A stretch of 64,000 nucleotides of DNA from Utricularia gibba (lineage: Eukaryota; Plantae; Magnoliophyta), in the NCBI GenBank assembly GCA_002189035.1, contig NEEC01000017.1:930001-994000 (forward strand). The letters are read 5' to 3'. The translations under genes were made by a program, and so were the position numbers. The notes under the pieces are model-generated. The model was not told the origin of the DNA. It worked only from the letters and a program-made list of their open reading frames with translations, and did no database searches. Shown piece by piece: positions 1 to 13,519 of the stretch (the stretch's first letter is position 1; each line of letters starts with the position of its first letter).

Positions 1-241
1 GCAGCGCCGATTGCTCGTCGTCGGGAACAGTGAAATCGTGGAATATTTCTGGGTCCATTCCGGGGGAGGACAAGAGATCGGCATCGTTGATTCCGACAAA
101 GAAATCATCGAAATCCAGGGTTTCGAGGAGATTCTCAACAGAGAAGTCTGAGAAATCGGTGCCCTGCAACGATGGATCTTGTTCCATTACTGCAGCCTCC
201 CTTTCATTATTCAAGGCTCTTGGAGGAAGTATGACGAGCAT
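1..241 (-). CDS. GLK: 5' part of GOLDEN2-LIKE (GARP) transcription factor; continues off the window start
   Basis: Manual translation from ATG at 241: MLVILPPRALNNEREAAVMEQDPSLQGTDFSDFSVENLLETLDFDDFFVGINDADLLSSPGMDPEIFHDF. This matches the GLK N-terminal acidic motif LLESIDFDDLFVGINDGDVLPDLEMDPEI. The Myb/GARP domain lies outside the window. Confidence 0.75.
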   Translation of the reverse strand, partial: MLVILPPRALNNEREAAVMEQDPSLQGTDFSDFSVENLLETLDFDDFFVGINDADLLSSPGMDPEIFHDFTVPDDEQSAL

Positions 242-699
242 GACTCTGAGCGATGATCACCAACAGTTTGCGGTCGCCGTCGCCGTCGTCGTTGTTGCAA
301 CTGGGGTGGAAGTAGAGAAGAAAGAGACGGGGAGTGGGAACAGTTGGATTTTCAACCACGGAGGAGGAAGAAACTGTCCGAATTTGTTTCTATGTCGCTG
401 TTCCCTTCCCATCCCTTCTACTCTCCATACTTATGCATGCGAAAACATATTTTCTTTTCTTTTTTTATTTGAAAAAAAAAAACAACCCGATCCACATCTA
501 CATTTTTTCATTGCAAAATTTTACCCAAACCAACTACATCCAAAGACTTAATTTTTGTCGCAAATTAATCAACAGATTCCACATTAGTTAATTCATCCAT
601 CGAGTTGTACTATTTATTTGAATCAGAAATATAACTCCAAAAAAAAAAAAATACTAAAATCCGAATTTATTCGAATCGAGTTCATGAAAAGGTAGATTT

Positions 700-1110
700 T
701 TAACTGTAGCGTGAAAAGGTCCAAAATGCCATTTCCGATCACGAGAGTAGGAGGAGCCGTTGGGGATGGGGCCCGGGAGGCGGAAAACCTTCCCGGATGG
801 GTTTCGTCAAAGTGGAGGGAGGTACGTTGCTGGGTCACGACGATGCCCAAATGCAGCATAACCAACTGCTTGTCGCTCGCTCGCTCGCTCGGGTCTCCTT
901 GCGCTCGGCTGAGCCCTACACAATTAAATAAATGCTTCTGCAGCAGCGCCGGTCAAATCCAACCGGTCCAGTTTTGAAACAGGACGTCGAAACCACTTCT
1001 GATTCGCAGGCCCTGCACTTTATGCGGCCTAGATCTTGACCGGAGGCCTTCCGCTTTCTTTTTCCGGCGTGACGAGCACAAGCTAGTACTGGAAAAAAAA
1101 AACGGTCTGT
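700..1110 (-). promoter_or_regulatory. GC-rich block upstream of GLK; possible core promoter or untranslated leader
   Basis: GC-rich island in AT-rich DNA 0.5-0.9 kb upstream of the GLK ATG, with a (GCTC)4 run and a CT-rich minus strand. No recognisable coding frame. Confidence 0.3.
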
Positions 1111-2781
1111 AATTCGGTTTTTCAACTCGTCACTTTTTACTTAAAATATTATATTGATTTAATAATATGTAGTCAATTATACTGACTAAAACGAAAAGGA
1201 TACTTGAATTTAAAAGTTGAGACACTTCACTTAAACCGTGTTCTGAAAATTTTTGAAGTATAGTTAAAAATGAAACAGAATTAAAAATAATAAAACAAGT
1301 ATTTTTATTTTTATTATCAGATTCTCGAAAATATTTTTCACCCTCAAACTCTTGACCTGTTCATATAATTTTTCAAAACACATCATTTCTATTTTCAATT
1401 TTTCAAAAAATTTATATTTATATTTTTTTACTTTTTCAAAAGTAAAATCAACATTCAAAAGTTTTGATAACATTATTTTAAGATCACTTTGGAAGTGGAT
1501 AATTGAATATTTATTTTTCAAATCACATATTAATAAAACTAAAAAACCAGAACAAGTCGATAGTTTATTCAGAAAAAAAGTTTTTTATTTATACTTTTAA
1601 AAATTTAAAATGAAATATTGATATTTTATTACAAGGGTGTTGTTAAATATGTATTTTATTATTCTAGTGGGTGAATGAGTGGACAGCCGACCCGTGGTTG
1701 CCATCAGTATCAGTTGGAATGGATCCAAAGTCATGATTGAACAACTTGGACTTAGGATAAGTGACATTAATCTCATCTTCTCCATTAAAAACCTAGGGTT
1801 TCTGCGCCACTACTTTTTCATTTCATCATTCATATCCCAATGTTTTCTTTTTTTTTTTATTTCCAACAAAAATAATTATATTTAAGAGAGCGTGGAAATT
1901 GAGAGTATGTATTTAATTTTTCAAAATTCTAATATTTAACCGTTGGGTAGTAAAATCAGAAATTCAATTTTTGTGACTAAATTCATAAATTATTGAATTT
2001 ATTGAATTTTCTATTTTACTGATTAATTAAAAAATTAATATTCATTTTTTTATCTAATTTAAAAATATATTTACATGATAACATTAAATTATATTATAAT
2101 TTAATATATTAAAAATTTATAGTATATAAATTTGATAGCATAATTTATATTATCTTATAAAATAGTTTTATAATCTTAAAGTGATCATATCAGACAATCT
2201 CAAATTCAGAATACATAAAAGGTCCTGAATGTTTCTATAATTTGATATAATGTCATTTTAGTATTAAATAACATATGTTTGAATGTTTGGTGAAAATTGA
2301 TACGTAATTATGTAATTATTTAATAAATTAGTTATAAATATATATACCTTCATATTTGTGGTAAGCTTGGGTAATTCAATGATTGTACGACATTATTATT
2401 TTTGGTGCCGTAAAAAATTCCCACCCCCACCACTTTATATGGAAAATTAAATAATTAATATGAATATTTCGATAATTTTCTACCTACATTTAATTATTAA
2501 AAAATCAATTTCATGTAACATATCATACGCCAACAGCCCAAATTCACTCACATATATCTTCATTCTAACCAACACACGAAACCCATCTTTTTGGGCCGGT
2601 GTTTTAAAATCTTAGGTTCATTTAATCTAAGCTTAAATTATTATAATGAAGAATAGGTTCAACCCAGTGAGTGCCAAATACACGAGAGGGATGGGATGGA
2701 TCATTTTGTGGAGATATAAATTTGTAAAGTAGGAGATTCTATTTTTAACATATCCCGGAGGAGGACAGGACACGGGGGGCT

Positions 2782-3293
2782 GGGGCCCACTCCAACCAAG
2801 ACACGAATTTGAACTACACATTTCCATTGGCTTTGCATGGACGTGTCTTGGGGTGGGCCCCACCTCCTCAATTTTTTTTAATTTTATCTTTCCAATTATA
2901 TAACTCTCTCTTTTTCTTTTCAACCCCCTCGGACGATGACAACACGTAGCTTTTGGGTCACTTCGGAGAGTTGAGTTGAGTTTGATGTGAATCAATTTAC
3001 TCGTTTATTCCAAAAAAAAAAAGAAATAAAAGAAAAAAGACTGAGATCTGCAGTTGAATGAGACAGGATAAGAAAGAGGGGAGGAGATGTCTGTCCGGCA
3101 GTGACTGAGAATGGGGTTAGAGGATGGGCATGTGAGCGCTCCACTTTCATCTCTCAAATACACGCATTACCCGGGCGGGCCCCACGCTCTGCACTCGATT
3201 TTAATGCTCGGACCCTGAGCACATGTATTTGTGAGCCTGCGGGATTGGGCTCGAGTGGTCCCGTCAACCTCATTCGGAGTACACGTGGGCCCA
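2782..3293. promoter_or_regulatory. Cluster of TCP-type and ACGT/G-box motifs
   Basis: GGGGCCCAC 2782-2790, ACGTGTC 2841-2847, GTGGGCCCCAC 2853-2863, GGGCCCCAC 3177-3185, GTGGTCCC 3255-3262, CACGTG 3282-3287 overlapping TGGGCCCA 3286-3293. Confidence 0.4.
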
Positions 3294-3642
3294 TTACGGG
3301 CTGGACAAGGCAAGCTGTTGCTGCTAGTGGATCACCACCAGCTTCCTACTGGCCCGATGCCTTTTTAAGTGATTCAAAATAGACAACATAGATATAAAAA
3401 AAGACGGATTTTTTTATGTAATATTGAATATAAATTATTCATATATTAATTAAAAATAAATGGCCATTTAACTGAATACAAATATTATATTTTCTGATTA
3501 ACTAGCGTCGAATAATATGGTCTCCTGGTAGACTATTTTAAAGTTATGACGTCATAATCTGTCATTTAATATATATATTAAATGAAAGAAAGGGGCTGAT
3601 GACATTTGAAATGTGAATGTATTGTGATCAACGACGGTTACT

Positions 3643-4302
3643 TCAACGACGCGAGAGCGGGAACCCGATTCCGTGGCGCCTGGTCGGGAAAAGCAAGAAC
3701 AGGGCGCTGCAGACGATGCCCACCGCCACCGGAACAGTCGTCAAAATCTCACGCATCTCCTCCGACGGCGACGGGCAGAAGCAATCCATCACGTTCTTGT
3801 CGAACATCACCACCGATGCGAATACGAAAACCGATAGAAACGCGTGGAAGAAATCCAGAAACCGAACCCGGAAATCGTTTCTCTGCGCCGATGAGAGACC
3901 ACCGAGCTTCCCGTCGAAGATCCACAGCCCCCGGAAAGTCGCCACCCCGTATCTAACTTTACCCTTGTCGTCCCTGAAACTATCGGTGAAACTCAGGACG
4001 AAACAGAGCACTGCGCATGCAATGAGCAGAAACAGGGTTGTCGTTTTGCTGACAATTGATCGGCATTTTCCGTCGTGGCTGAAAATCGGGGACAGGACTT
4101 GGAAAGTGAGGACGGTGCCGGTGGGAAGAAGGTTTGAGAGGTGGGCAGTTCCTTTGAAGGCCTTGCGAACGGCTCTCTGAGCCGGAGTTTTCGCCGGCAG
4201 ATTCTCTGGCAGGAGAGGTATTTGGAGCGCGTGCTCTGCAGCGGCCGCCATTGATGATTCGCCATTTCTCGGTGCCTCCTCCTCCGGCTGTCGCTGGTCC
4301 AT
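3643..4302 (-). CDS. DMP: DUF679 domain membrane protein (DMP family), intronless, 219 aa
   Basis: Family motifs TAHLSNLLPTGTVLTF, SFTDSF, VRYGVATFRGLW, DFFHAFLS and C-terminal FPTRRHGIGFPLS; four hydrophobic segments; intact ORF. Confidence 0.95.
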   Translation of the reverse strand: MDQRQPEEEAPRNGESSMAAAAEHALQIPLLPENLPAKTPAQRAVRKAFKGTAHLSNLLPTGTVLTFQVLSPIFSHDGKCRSIVSKTTTLFLLIACAVLCFVLSFTDSFRDDKGKVRYGVATFRGLWIFDGKLGGLSSAQRNDFRVRFLDFFHAFLSVFVFASVVMFDKNVMDCFCPSPSEEMREILTTVPVAVGIVCSALFLLFPTRRHGIGFPLSRR

Positions 4303-4979
4303 CTTCGGGATTCTTGATTAAGAAGATTCCATTTACGCGGGTCATTTAACACAATGCATGGGTTTGAGAAATCAACGTAGAATTAAGTGATCTTAATGTT
4401 GTGTTCTTAATGAAATTTCAGTTTCTTTCAGGTAACAGTCCTTAACACACTTTTCTTAAATCTATTTTGATCTATTTTTGTTTTTTTAATTAAATTAATA
4501 TAATTATCAAATACTCTTGATAAGATAAAAATTATATTTTGTTTGAGTTTATTTTTTGAAGGTATTTAATGATTACAAAAAATCATGTTGGACACATTGA
4601 AGTAGAATGCAGAATATATTGCTTAATTTATTGTTGTTCTATACTTCAATTTTAAACTTATGTATTTTATTATAATTTATTATAATATTTTACAATTGTG
4701 CTAAAAAATCAGATTGATCATATATTTGGATTTAATTTTAATCTTAATTTTTTTTGAATTGGATTAGGTTTTGATTTTATATTTTTTAATTTTAGATAAT
4801 TTTGAATGTATTTATTTTTTGAATTTAATTTAACTCAATTCAATGTATTTATATTTAATTTTTAAGATATATATGGGTTGGGCTTGAATATAGTATGACC
4901 TGTCAATCTGCCCATAATTGACATGGGCTCAATTACTAGCCCAGTTAATGACAAATTGCCACAGGTAGTTTGTATTCTG

Positions 4980-5200
4980 AAGCAATGTTGAAAAGAAGTT
5001 AGTTATGCACTGTCAAAGATCCGTGAAGCTTCAACGACGGGAAGAATCAGCGAGCTTTCCAATGGAGGATTGCGCATCAGTTCTTTCGTCATTGCATGAG
5101 CGCTATTGGTTTGCCGTTTGATTCTTTCTGATGAACCAATACTTTGGCTTGGGTTGCACCATGTTAATCTATTGATCAGAAGTTTTAGTCAAACAATCCT
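4980..5200 (-). mobile_element. Possible LINE RNase H-like remnant
   Basis: Minus frame RIKRQTNSAHAMTKELMRNPP resembles the HVKRxANxxAHxLAK end of the plant LINE RNase H-like domain; weak. Confidence 0.3.
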
Positions 5201-5869
5201 TCATGGTCCAAAAATGAACCAAGTGGATTTACTCGAATCCACCATTTTTGAGTTGTAGCTCTTTATGGTTCAGATTCTGAGTAAACTTCTTCTTCAAGAA
5301 ACCTGATGAGATCTTCCATTTAGTTATGTTATGATTGACGGCAAATGAAGATATATTGGTGAAACTATAATATTATGTTATGTGCATGAAACAGGGTCAG
5401 CGAGATATTAAAAAATGCAAGAGGAAGAAGATAATGTATGCTGATATGAGTCTTATTACATTGAATCCTCACTTCATAAAGTAGGTCTCAAAATATGTTA
5501 TCTAGCCCACAACAAAATTATGATTAACTAGTCAACTCAAACCAAATTCATTGCAAAAAGTTACCCTACTACTTTCTAACAAAAGATAATGGCTCATTAG
5601 TTTCTCTACCTATAAATACTTATAAATCATAAGATGTAAATATTTCTTGCATAAGATATATACTATATTCTCATACATCTTACTATTCCATACAACCTAA
5701 ATTATATCAAACCCAAAGAACTACTTTCATGGTGAACTTGACTTGAAGCAAGTCAATTGACATATTCCAACCTTCAAAACTTTGGTTCAAACATCACATT
5801 CTCTTGTCAAATCTTTAACATCATTGTATGATGTTTTTGTTTCTCTATAATACTACAACATGAACACCA

Positions 5870-7800
5870 ACATGTCGGTTGTCAATATATCTCCACCGAT
5901 CTTTAATGGAAAAAATGACAATATCTAGGCACTCAAAATGAAAATATATTTTCAATTTCATAGACTTTGGAACATTATAACCTCTAACCCATCTTCGAAG
6001 TCTATATTGATGATAAAGCAAAAGACGGAAAGCCTTATCATGCAAAAGAAATTCAAGTAGCAGTTGTGTTAGCTTCAAATGATGTTGGAGATGCCTATTG
6101 ATGCCTAATGCAAATCTCCCATTATAAGAAACCTTTGAAGAAAAAAAAGAAGACAAAATGGGAGAAATTCAAAAACCGTGGGCTCACATCTACAATTATA
6201 AAATTAGAGATGGTGAAATCTCATTAAGTATTGAAAAATTACTAACAAAATCTAGAAAAATTGAAAAGGCATCTAGAGGAAGTGAATGAGCGAGAAGAGT
6301 GGAAACTTAAAGAAAGGGTCATCCATGATGCCCCTACAGAATTCGATGCTATTATGAAATCATTGGATGTCACTAGGTTCATTGAAAACCTTACACTACA
6401 ACAACTACTCAATCATCTAAAAAACATAGATTGGTAGAAGAAAGGTATGACTTGAAGGAAATATTGAAGAGACATTCATGACATCACTCACCTCTGGTAA
6501 TGTACAGAGAAAACATGGATGCCAACTTTATGTTGCACTTGCACATGATCCTATCCTCCATGCACATTGCGTTGAAAAGAACTATATCCAAATAATATGC
6601 TTCTAGCATCTTAAGACATACTTCACTAATTGTGTTGTTAAAGGGTACATGGAAAAGGCGTGCTTATTTAAGAAAGCACAATCTATCTTGACCAATCTCC
6701 CTATAACAATGAATCTTGAAAGCATTCAGACAATAATAAATGATGTATCTTTCGATGACCTCAATAAAAATTCAAAGATTTCAATTTACTTTCTATGTAG
6801 CAAAATATTACTCATTACATTTATAGACCATCAACATAAAACTACCTAGCTCATTGACAGTGCTTCAACAATCGCGTAAGATATGATAAATCTATGTTTA
6901 TCACTTTTATAACTGTCTCAAGAAAAACTCTTTCTATTACTGATGAAAAATCAATACTAGTTGAAGGATTGAGATATGTTTGCCTCAAGATTGATCATAA
7001 ACTTATCAAACTTAATGATATCTATTATGTTCTTCAAGATTCTTACAACTTATTGAGTGCTAGACAACTTGTTGAAAATGGATTCATTATTTCTCTTGAA
7101 AATCATACCTATTGGATAAAAGATGAAAACCAAAAATTTATTATTAAAAGTTCTAATGTAAATCGATTAACACTAACCCTCATTTTTGTATCTATCTAGA
7201 AATAGAAAGTTCAATCCAGCTTTTGGCACAAATGACTCAATCATCATCATCATCATGCTCCATTAAAAACAACTCTAACTAAGGGTGTCATTCATGATGC
7301 TCCTAAAATCAAAGTTACTCTCAACCTTGTCATGCCTATTAGAAAAAATGAAAAAAAAATGCTTTTAAGAGAAGAATAAAGATATTCAATACAAAAGTTG
7401 AAGTTTATAGTAAGTAGTGTGTGGTCCCATGCATGTAACTACCATTGGTGGTAACAAATATTATATCATATTTATTAATTAACTACTCAAAGTATATTTG
7501 GGTATATGTTTTGAAACAAAAATATGAAGCCAGTTAATATTATATCCGATGCAGACATTATCATACTAGCAAAGTTTGAATAATCATAATGCCTTTTCAT
7601 GCCAAAAAATTGCACGAAACCACCCCTAAGAAATTAAAACAAAAAGGTTTAAGCTACACATATGGTAGTCAAGATGAATAATCATAGAGTGATGGAAGGC
7701 ATTGATGAATAGAGGAAAGTGTACCATAAAAAGAAATGGATGCCAAGCTTTATGGAGAGGGAGTGATCAAAGATTCTAACAACTTCCAAAAGTGTCAACT
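5870..7800 (+). mobile_element. Degenerate Ty1/Copia remnant A (gag, protease, integrase start)
   Basis: PPIFNGKNDNI*ALKMKIYFQFHRLWNI (gag N-terminus), LNDIYYVLQDSYNLLSARQLVENG (protease region), VCGPMHVTTIGGNKYYIIFI (integrase); many stops. Confidence 0.75.
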
Positions 7801-10477
7801 TTTTCTAAACTTTGATTCATCTCCTCGAGTGAGCCAGCCCTTGAAGACTCCATGATCATATATGAACACAACTCTCTTTATTGTGATCTTCCTCTTCTAT
7901 TCCATGGATTGTTATATTCTGGCCCAACGAAAAATTATCCACCTCTTAGCTCGCGACTGAAAAGATTGCTGTGGATCACAAGGTTGAATAGGATAAAAAG
8001 TGACGATTTAATTAATCTTCATCTTATTTGTCCAAAAAATTGGGAAGAGATTACATCCTTGAACAAAGATGCTACAATGTATGAAGAGAATGAAATGATA
8101 TGTGGTTTCTGGCCTATTCCAAAAAGACAAAAGAAGGGATAGGATCAAATCCAAACAAAATGATGTAAAGCCTAATGAGACCTATGTAACAGTAAGCCCA
8201 AAAGATAAGCTTAAAAAAAAAAAGACAAATTTACCAAAAAATCTAAAAATCTATCTGAATACAATGGCTAAATTGCAACAACTAGCTAGAAATTTACTAT
8301 AAAAATATGTAATGTAAAATGTAAATTGTGCGTTATTCAATACTGCAATACAAAAATAAATGGAAAATTGCTTCTTTATAAAACACTTCTCCCATACCAG
8401 TCTTAGCATAGGTACTCCTACTTAGGACTATTCTCATTTTTACATCAAGAGTGGGATTTCATGATAACATGGCAATGAGAATTGCACCTCCACCTATGTT
8501 TGATGGCACACATTATGTAGCCCCGCTGAACTGATGAAGAACTAACTTACAGATATCAAAATGTGGGAGGTCTTTACTAGGTGTGACATTTCGCAAGCTT
8601 TATAGAGAGCTAAAAACTCATAGAAGACCAGACATGATATGCACAATTGGAAATCTATTACTGCCTGTGCTCTCAATGGAGGTCTTATTTTCAAAATTCA
8701 TGAGAAGTTCCTAAGTTGTAACTCCAAAAGAGTTTTGGATGGCTTTGCAAAGCATTTAGGTACAACTACTATCAACAAAGATAGAGAAATAGACAAGCTT
8801 TGGTACTCCATTGAGGGTCTTGACATCATCTTTAGGATAACTGACTTCTCTTCAAAATTTCTAAGTTTTTTGGACATCCTTAAAGCCTTGGATGAACTAA
8901 TTGGTGAAAAAAAGTAAACATAAAATTATTAATTCTTTACTTTTTTCTTTTCAACCTCTTATAGGCATATTGGAGATGACCAGAACACTAGCCACAATGA
9001 CGCACCAACAACTCCTTGATGAACTGATGGGATTGAAAATTCAATTTATGCCTCAATCAATTTATGAAACTGCATTCTATGCAACTGGACACCAAAAAAC
9101 CAACAATGACAAGTTTATTGGGTGAAAAAACAATTATCATGAGAAGAAACAAGTCCATCATCAAGAGGTTAAAGAAAATTTCAAAAGGCATTACAGATGA
9201 TGATATGGAAGAAAAAGATCCATGCAAATATTGCAAGAGATTCCACAAAATTGATTGCTAGTATCATTTTAAAGCTATGTGTGAAAATTGTCAAAGAAAA
9301 GAGCATATGGGAAGTGTTTGTCCATGAAATTTTCACATAAAAGATCTCTGAAATATGTTTTAGTTAGCACAAATTTGGGAGCAAATGAAATAGAAAAAAT
9401 TAAAATTTGCAATTTGTGTCAAAAACATTTTCTCCCCTATAAAAGGCCTAAATGATAAAAAAATATGACTGTTGGACATCAAATATAGCAATGACAAAAA
9501 CATCTTCACATGCTATAAGAGTCTAATAAGCAAGGAGATAGAAATTGTAGATGGAATGTATCTCAAAGTAAAAACAAAAATGGAATTGTTCAGATCAAGA
9601 CTAGTTTCACAATGATAATCATCAAAGAGATGTATTACTTACCTAAGGTGAGCCATGACCTTCTAAATATGGGACAATTAGTAGAGAAACAATTCGAAGT
9701 TCATGTTACAAAAGGTATCTGCAGAATTAAAAATTTCACAAGTACAATTATCTTAGAAGTACTTGTATTTATTAGAAATTTCTCTCTTTATCTACAGGCC
9801 TTTCATAGTGTATGCAAAGTGTTCTTGGCAACGAAGGAAGTGACAATTAATTGAAGCAACATAAACTCTCAACACAAGATACGATATAAGGGATACCTTC
9901 TTTAAGAGGTAAGAATAAGATTTGTGACATATGTGAAGCTTGAAAAATGTATAAACTATTATTTGGATTGGTAACATACCAAGTCATGAATACACTATAA
10001 TTAATACATACTAATATCTGTGGACTACTAGTAGTATCTACTATGGTTGAAAATTGATATTTCTTGATTTTCATGAATGACTATACCAGATTTGGTTAGA
10101 TATTTTTCTTGAAAGAAAAGTCGGAAGTGATAGAGAAATTTTAATTCTTCACAAAAGCAGTTGAAAGGAAAAGCAGAGAGCATCTACAGTTTTTAAGGTC
10201 AGATAACGATGGTTAGTATATTACTCATGAGTTGGAAAAGTAAGAAAGATTAGGAATAACTCATCAATTTATAACACCTTACACTTTGGAACTAGATGGA
10301 GATGCAGAGAGAAAGAACCACACAATAATGGAGATGAGTTGGTGCATGATGTTCGAAAGAAATTTATCGTAAAAATTTTGGTGAGAAGCTGTGAATACGA
10401 CAATGTATATTCTCAACCGACTTCCAGCAACAGTGCTGAAATCTAGAAAAACACTGTATGAGTTATGGAACAATGGA

Positions 10478-10645
10478 TGTCATGACCCACACTTGCCTTA
10501 CACGATATTATCCGCTTCGGGCACTCAACCCTCACGGTTTTACGTTCTCCCCTTCCAGAGAAAAGACCTCATACAAGATTAGGAGAGTCTTCTCTATTTA
10601 AGCACATCCCCTCCCCCGTCCGTAACCAATGTGGGATGCGTAATA
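10478..10645 (-). mobile_element. TRIM-like short LTR
   Basis: Minus strand reads ...CATCCCACATTGGTTACGG...CTTAAATAGAG...AAAACCGTGAGGG...CCCGAAGCGGATAATATC...GGGTCATGACA, the layout of dicot TRIM LTRs (recognised from memory). Confidence 0.65.
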
Positions 10646-10673
10646 TCACTAGGCCCTTGGCCTTTCATACATT

Positions 10674-12091
10674 TGTCACGACGCACTTTTAGGGCCCGGG
10701 AAAGATGAGTCGTGACCACCCAGTACTAGCTAAAACACTAGAAATTAGGGTGTCTTTCATTACACGATCTAATAACAGTAAATGGGTAATTACATATGTA
10801 CACTGGATATAAGACTTTGTCCAAGTGCTTTTGTATAACAAAGTTCATAAGTTCATAATGAAATAGATTCAAAGCGAAAATTATATTATACATACATACA
10901 TCATACTCATACAAACCTAGTAAACAAGCTACACTACTATATACTCATATTCATAGAACTCTGGAAAGCATGGTTGATCACTGGACCTCTACTTGCTTCC
11001 TTCATCCCCTAAAATAAATAAAAGAGTGGTCATGCTTTTGAGTTTTAAAACAAGTGAAGATCAAGAAAGAATATAAATAATTTATAAAAGAAACTTGAAG
11101 CACATTATGTGTCCCCATAACTATCTTTTCTCACTTCTCATGTCCATCTAGCTTTGGCTTTGCTATCAGTCCATGATAGGTGAGACATAAGATGCCCTTG
11201 TTCATGGTTCCATGCTCAGGAGAGCCACCTCTGACCATAAAACCACAAACGCAAGCCATACATAATATATCATATCATATCTTTCATAGCTTTCATACTT
11301 TTTGGCCTTCCACTTCTACATGGTGCCTCAGACATGCCTGACATATTAGCCATAGTGCTCGTGGTACAACTACGTTGCTGAAGATATGTGTTCATATCCC
11401 CTCCATTCTTTCCTATCTTGTTTATCACATGGTACATAGAGATACATATTGCAAATATGATTTAAAGATAACAAGAGTGGCTATCAGTTAAAAGAATAAT
11501 ACTTTGGGGACTCAAAAATAGCTTTTTCTGAAATAACATGAAAAAACCCACTCCCTTGTTAGAACTTTCATGTAACATAAAAGGGTTCTAAGTGTAGACA
11601 CAATCACGTCCAGAGTAATGAAAATTAAACACCAATATCACATAGACACATAACTTTTCATAAATCAATTTCAAAAATAAGTAAAGCTTCAAAAGTAATC
11701 ATGCCACTTACTTTAACACTTTAGACCTCAAACCAAATCTCTAGTTTCGTTCACTGAAGGTACTACAACCTTTTCTTCTAACCTCTCCTCCTTGTCTTTG
11801 TAAAACTCAAAAATAAATGAAAGAACCTTACATTCCATCATATATATATATTCCCGTTTACATCTCATCCTTATTTTCCGTGCAACATGTGGCACACATG
11901 CATGATGTACAAGTGGCGCACATGCAAGAGGACACATGGTGCACCTACAATAGGACATGTGGCACACATGCGAGATGACACATGTCATGCACATAATGGT
12001 TGCCACTTGGATACATTTGATTGGTTAGGTTAGTATAAAGTAGAACAAGTTAAAACTAAAGAGTAAAGTCCTTAAAGCTTGAATCCTCACA
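10674..12091 (-). mobile_element. Gypsy (Tekay/Del-like) LTR segment
   Basis: Begins TGTCACGAC, ends TCACA, about 1.4 kb non-coding with ACAT-rich tracts; right end abuts the ATGGA TSD. Confidence 0.55.
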
Positions 12092-13519
12092 ATGGAAAAC
12101 CAAATGTAAAATATATGCAGATCTTTGGATCACAGTGCTTTGTATATATACCTAAGCAATTTAGGGAAACTAGATATAAAGTGTATATTGGGGAACACAT
12201 GGGTTATAGTGAAATAAACATAGCATATAAATCTATGATTTGTTCAAGGACAGAATCATTATCAGCCGACACATTACTATCAATGAAAACAAAAAATATA
12301 ATTGGAACCAAATCGGGCTGAAAAACCTGAGACATACCTATAAAACTTTTGATGAATGTCGATACTTTCCTTTCATTTGTATTCTTCAATCAACAAAAAT
12401 CGAAGGATCAGCAAGCAATGATTCAAATGAATTCATGAAAACTACAAATCAGTTCTCACTCAAAGAGGAGCATATAAAATACGATGTTGAAAATGAAGTC
12501 TCATAATATAACTCCAGTGACATTAAGGAGACTAAGGATGATGAAATTAATGGGTGACAAGTTGAACAATCAAAAATCATTCTTACAAGAATATTTGATG
12601 TTGAATTAGAGTCAAAAGTTGAAAAGTAAATCTCAATTGAAGTCGCAGATGAAAATATTTTAGAAAGATTTGAAAAATGCAACGAAACAGAACAAGACAA
12701 TTAATAGGAACAAGAGGATGATAATAAAAACACATATGAAGAGCCAGTATAGGATTTCAAAGGTTTATCATTGAAACATTCGGTTGGAAACTTGTGATGG
12801 AACAATAAATAGAATAAATAGAAAATTTCCTGACCTGAAGTTTAGTACCAAGACCATAGAATTCCAAGCCTATTGGAGTAAAATGGTTTTTTTTTTAAAC
12901 AAAGTAAATGCAAACGTAATAGTTAGAGGTTATATTAGTGTGCTAGGGATATACTCATAGACAAGAGATCGATTACCAAGGAAATTTCACGTATATAGCA
13001 AGATTGGACACTATTAAACTCTTCATACAGCTGCAACCTCCAAAATTCAAAAAAAAGGAAAATGAAAAAAATTTCTAAACATGTACAAAGCTCCATATGA
13101 GTTAAAAATGAGTTATTTTTTGGAATTCGAAGTAAACAAAACTGAAGATTACATATATTTTTGTTGCAAAAGAAGTACATCCTACATTTTATAACAAGAT
13201 ATATGATGTAGAATACAAAAGAATCCTCCATCCCACTATATCCTAACTTCAAGATCAAAGAAATATAAGCTCATTCGAAGTATTGACATATGAAACAGAA
13301 TATAGGAGTTTTATTGGAAGTTTTATTTACCTTATCACAATACATCAAGACATCACATCTATTGTAACTTGCCTATCTCACATCCTTTTTGCACCTAGAC
13401 AAGTTCATTTGGATGCAGATAAATGCATTTTGAACATTGATAGCAAAAAAAGCCATTCACTAGTTTCTCAATCATAGATAGGTTGCTGCATAAAGAAGTG
13501 TTCGTGATAATCTCTAAGA

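Larger units (their letters stand above)
8480..13500 (+). mobile_element. Degenerate Ty1/Copia remnant B (gag-PR-IN-RT), interrupted at 10478-12091
   Basis: PPMFDGTHY; CKYCKRFHKIDC zinc knuckle; MYYLPKVSHDLLNMGQLVEK; integrase FLRSDN...AERKNHTIMEM...EAVNTTMYILNRLP; IFGSQCFVYIP; RT LVPRP*NSKPIGVKW and YRSFIGSFIYL. Confidence 0.85.

Noticed and set aside
30-551. 173-aa plus ORF, and the plus ORFs at 3606-4180
   Set aside because: Antisense shadows of the GC-rich GLK and DMP coding regions.
1660-1790. Minus frame DEINVTYPKSKLFNHDFGSIPTDTDGNHGSAVHSFTH as a CEP-like peptide
   Set aside because: No signal peptide or start codon, and the CEP consensus is not met.
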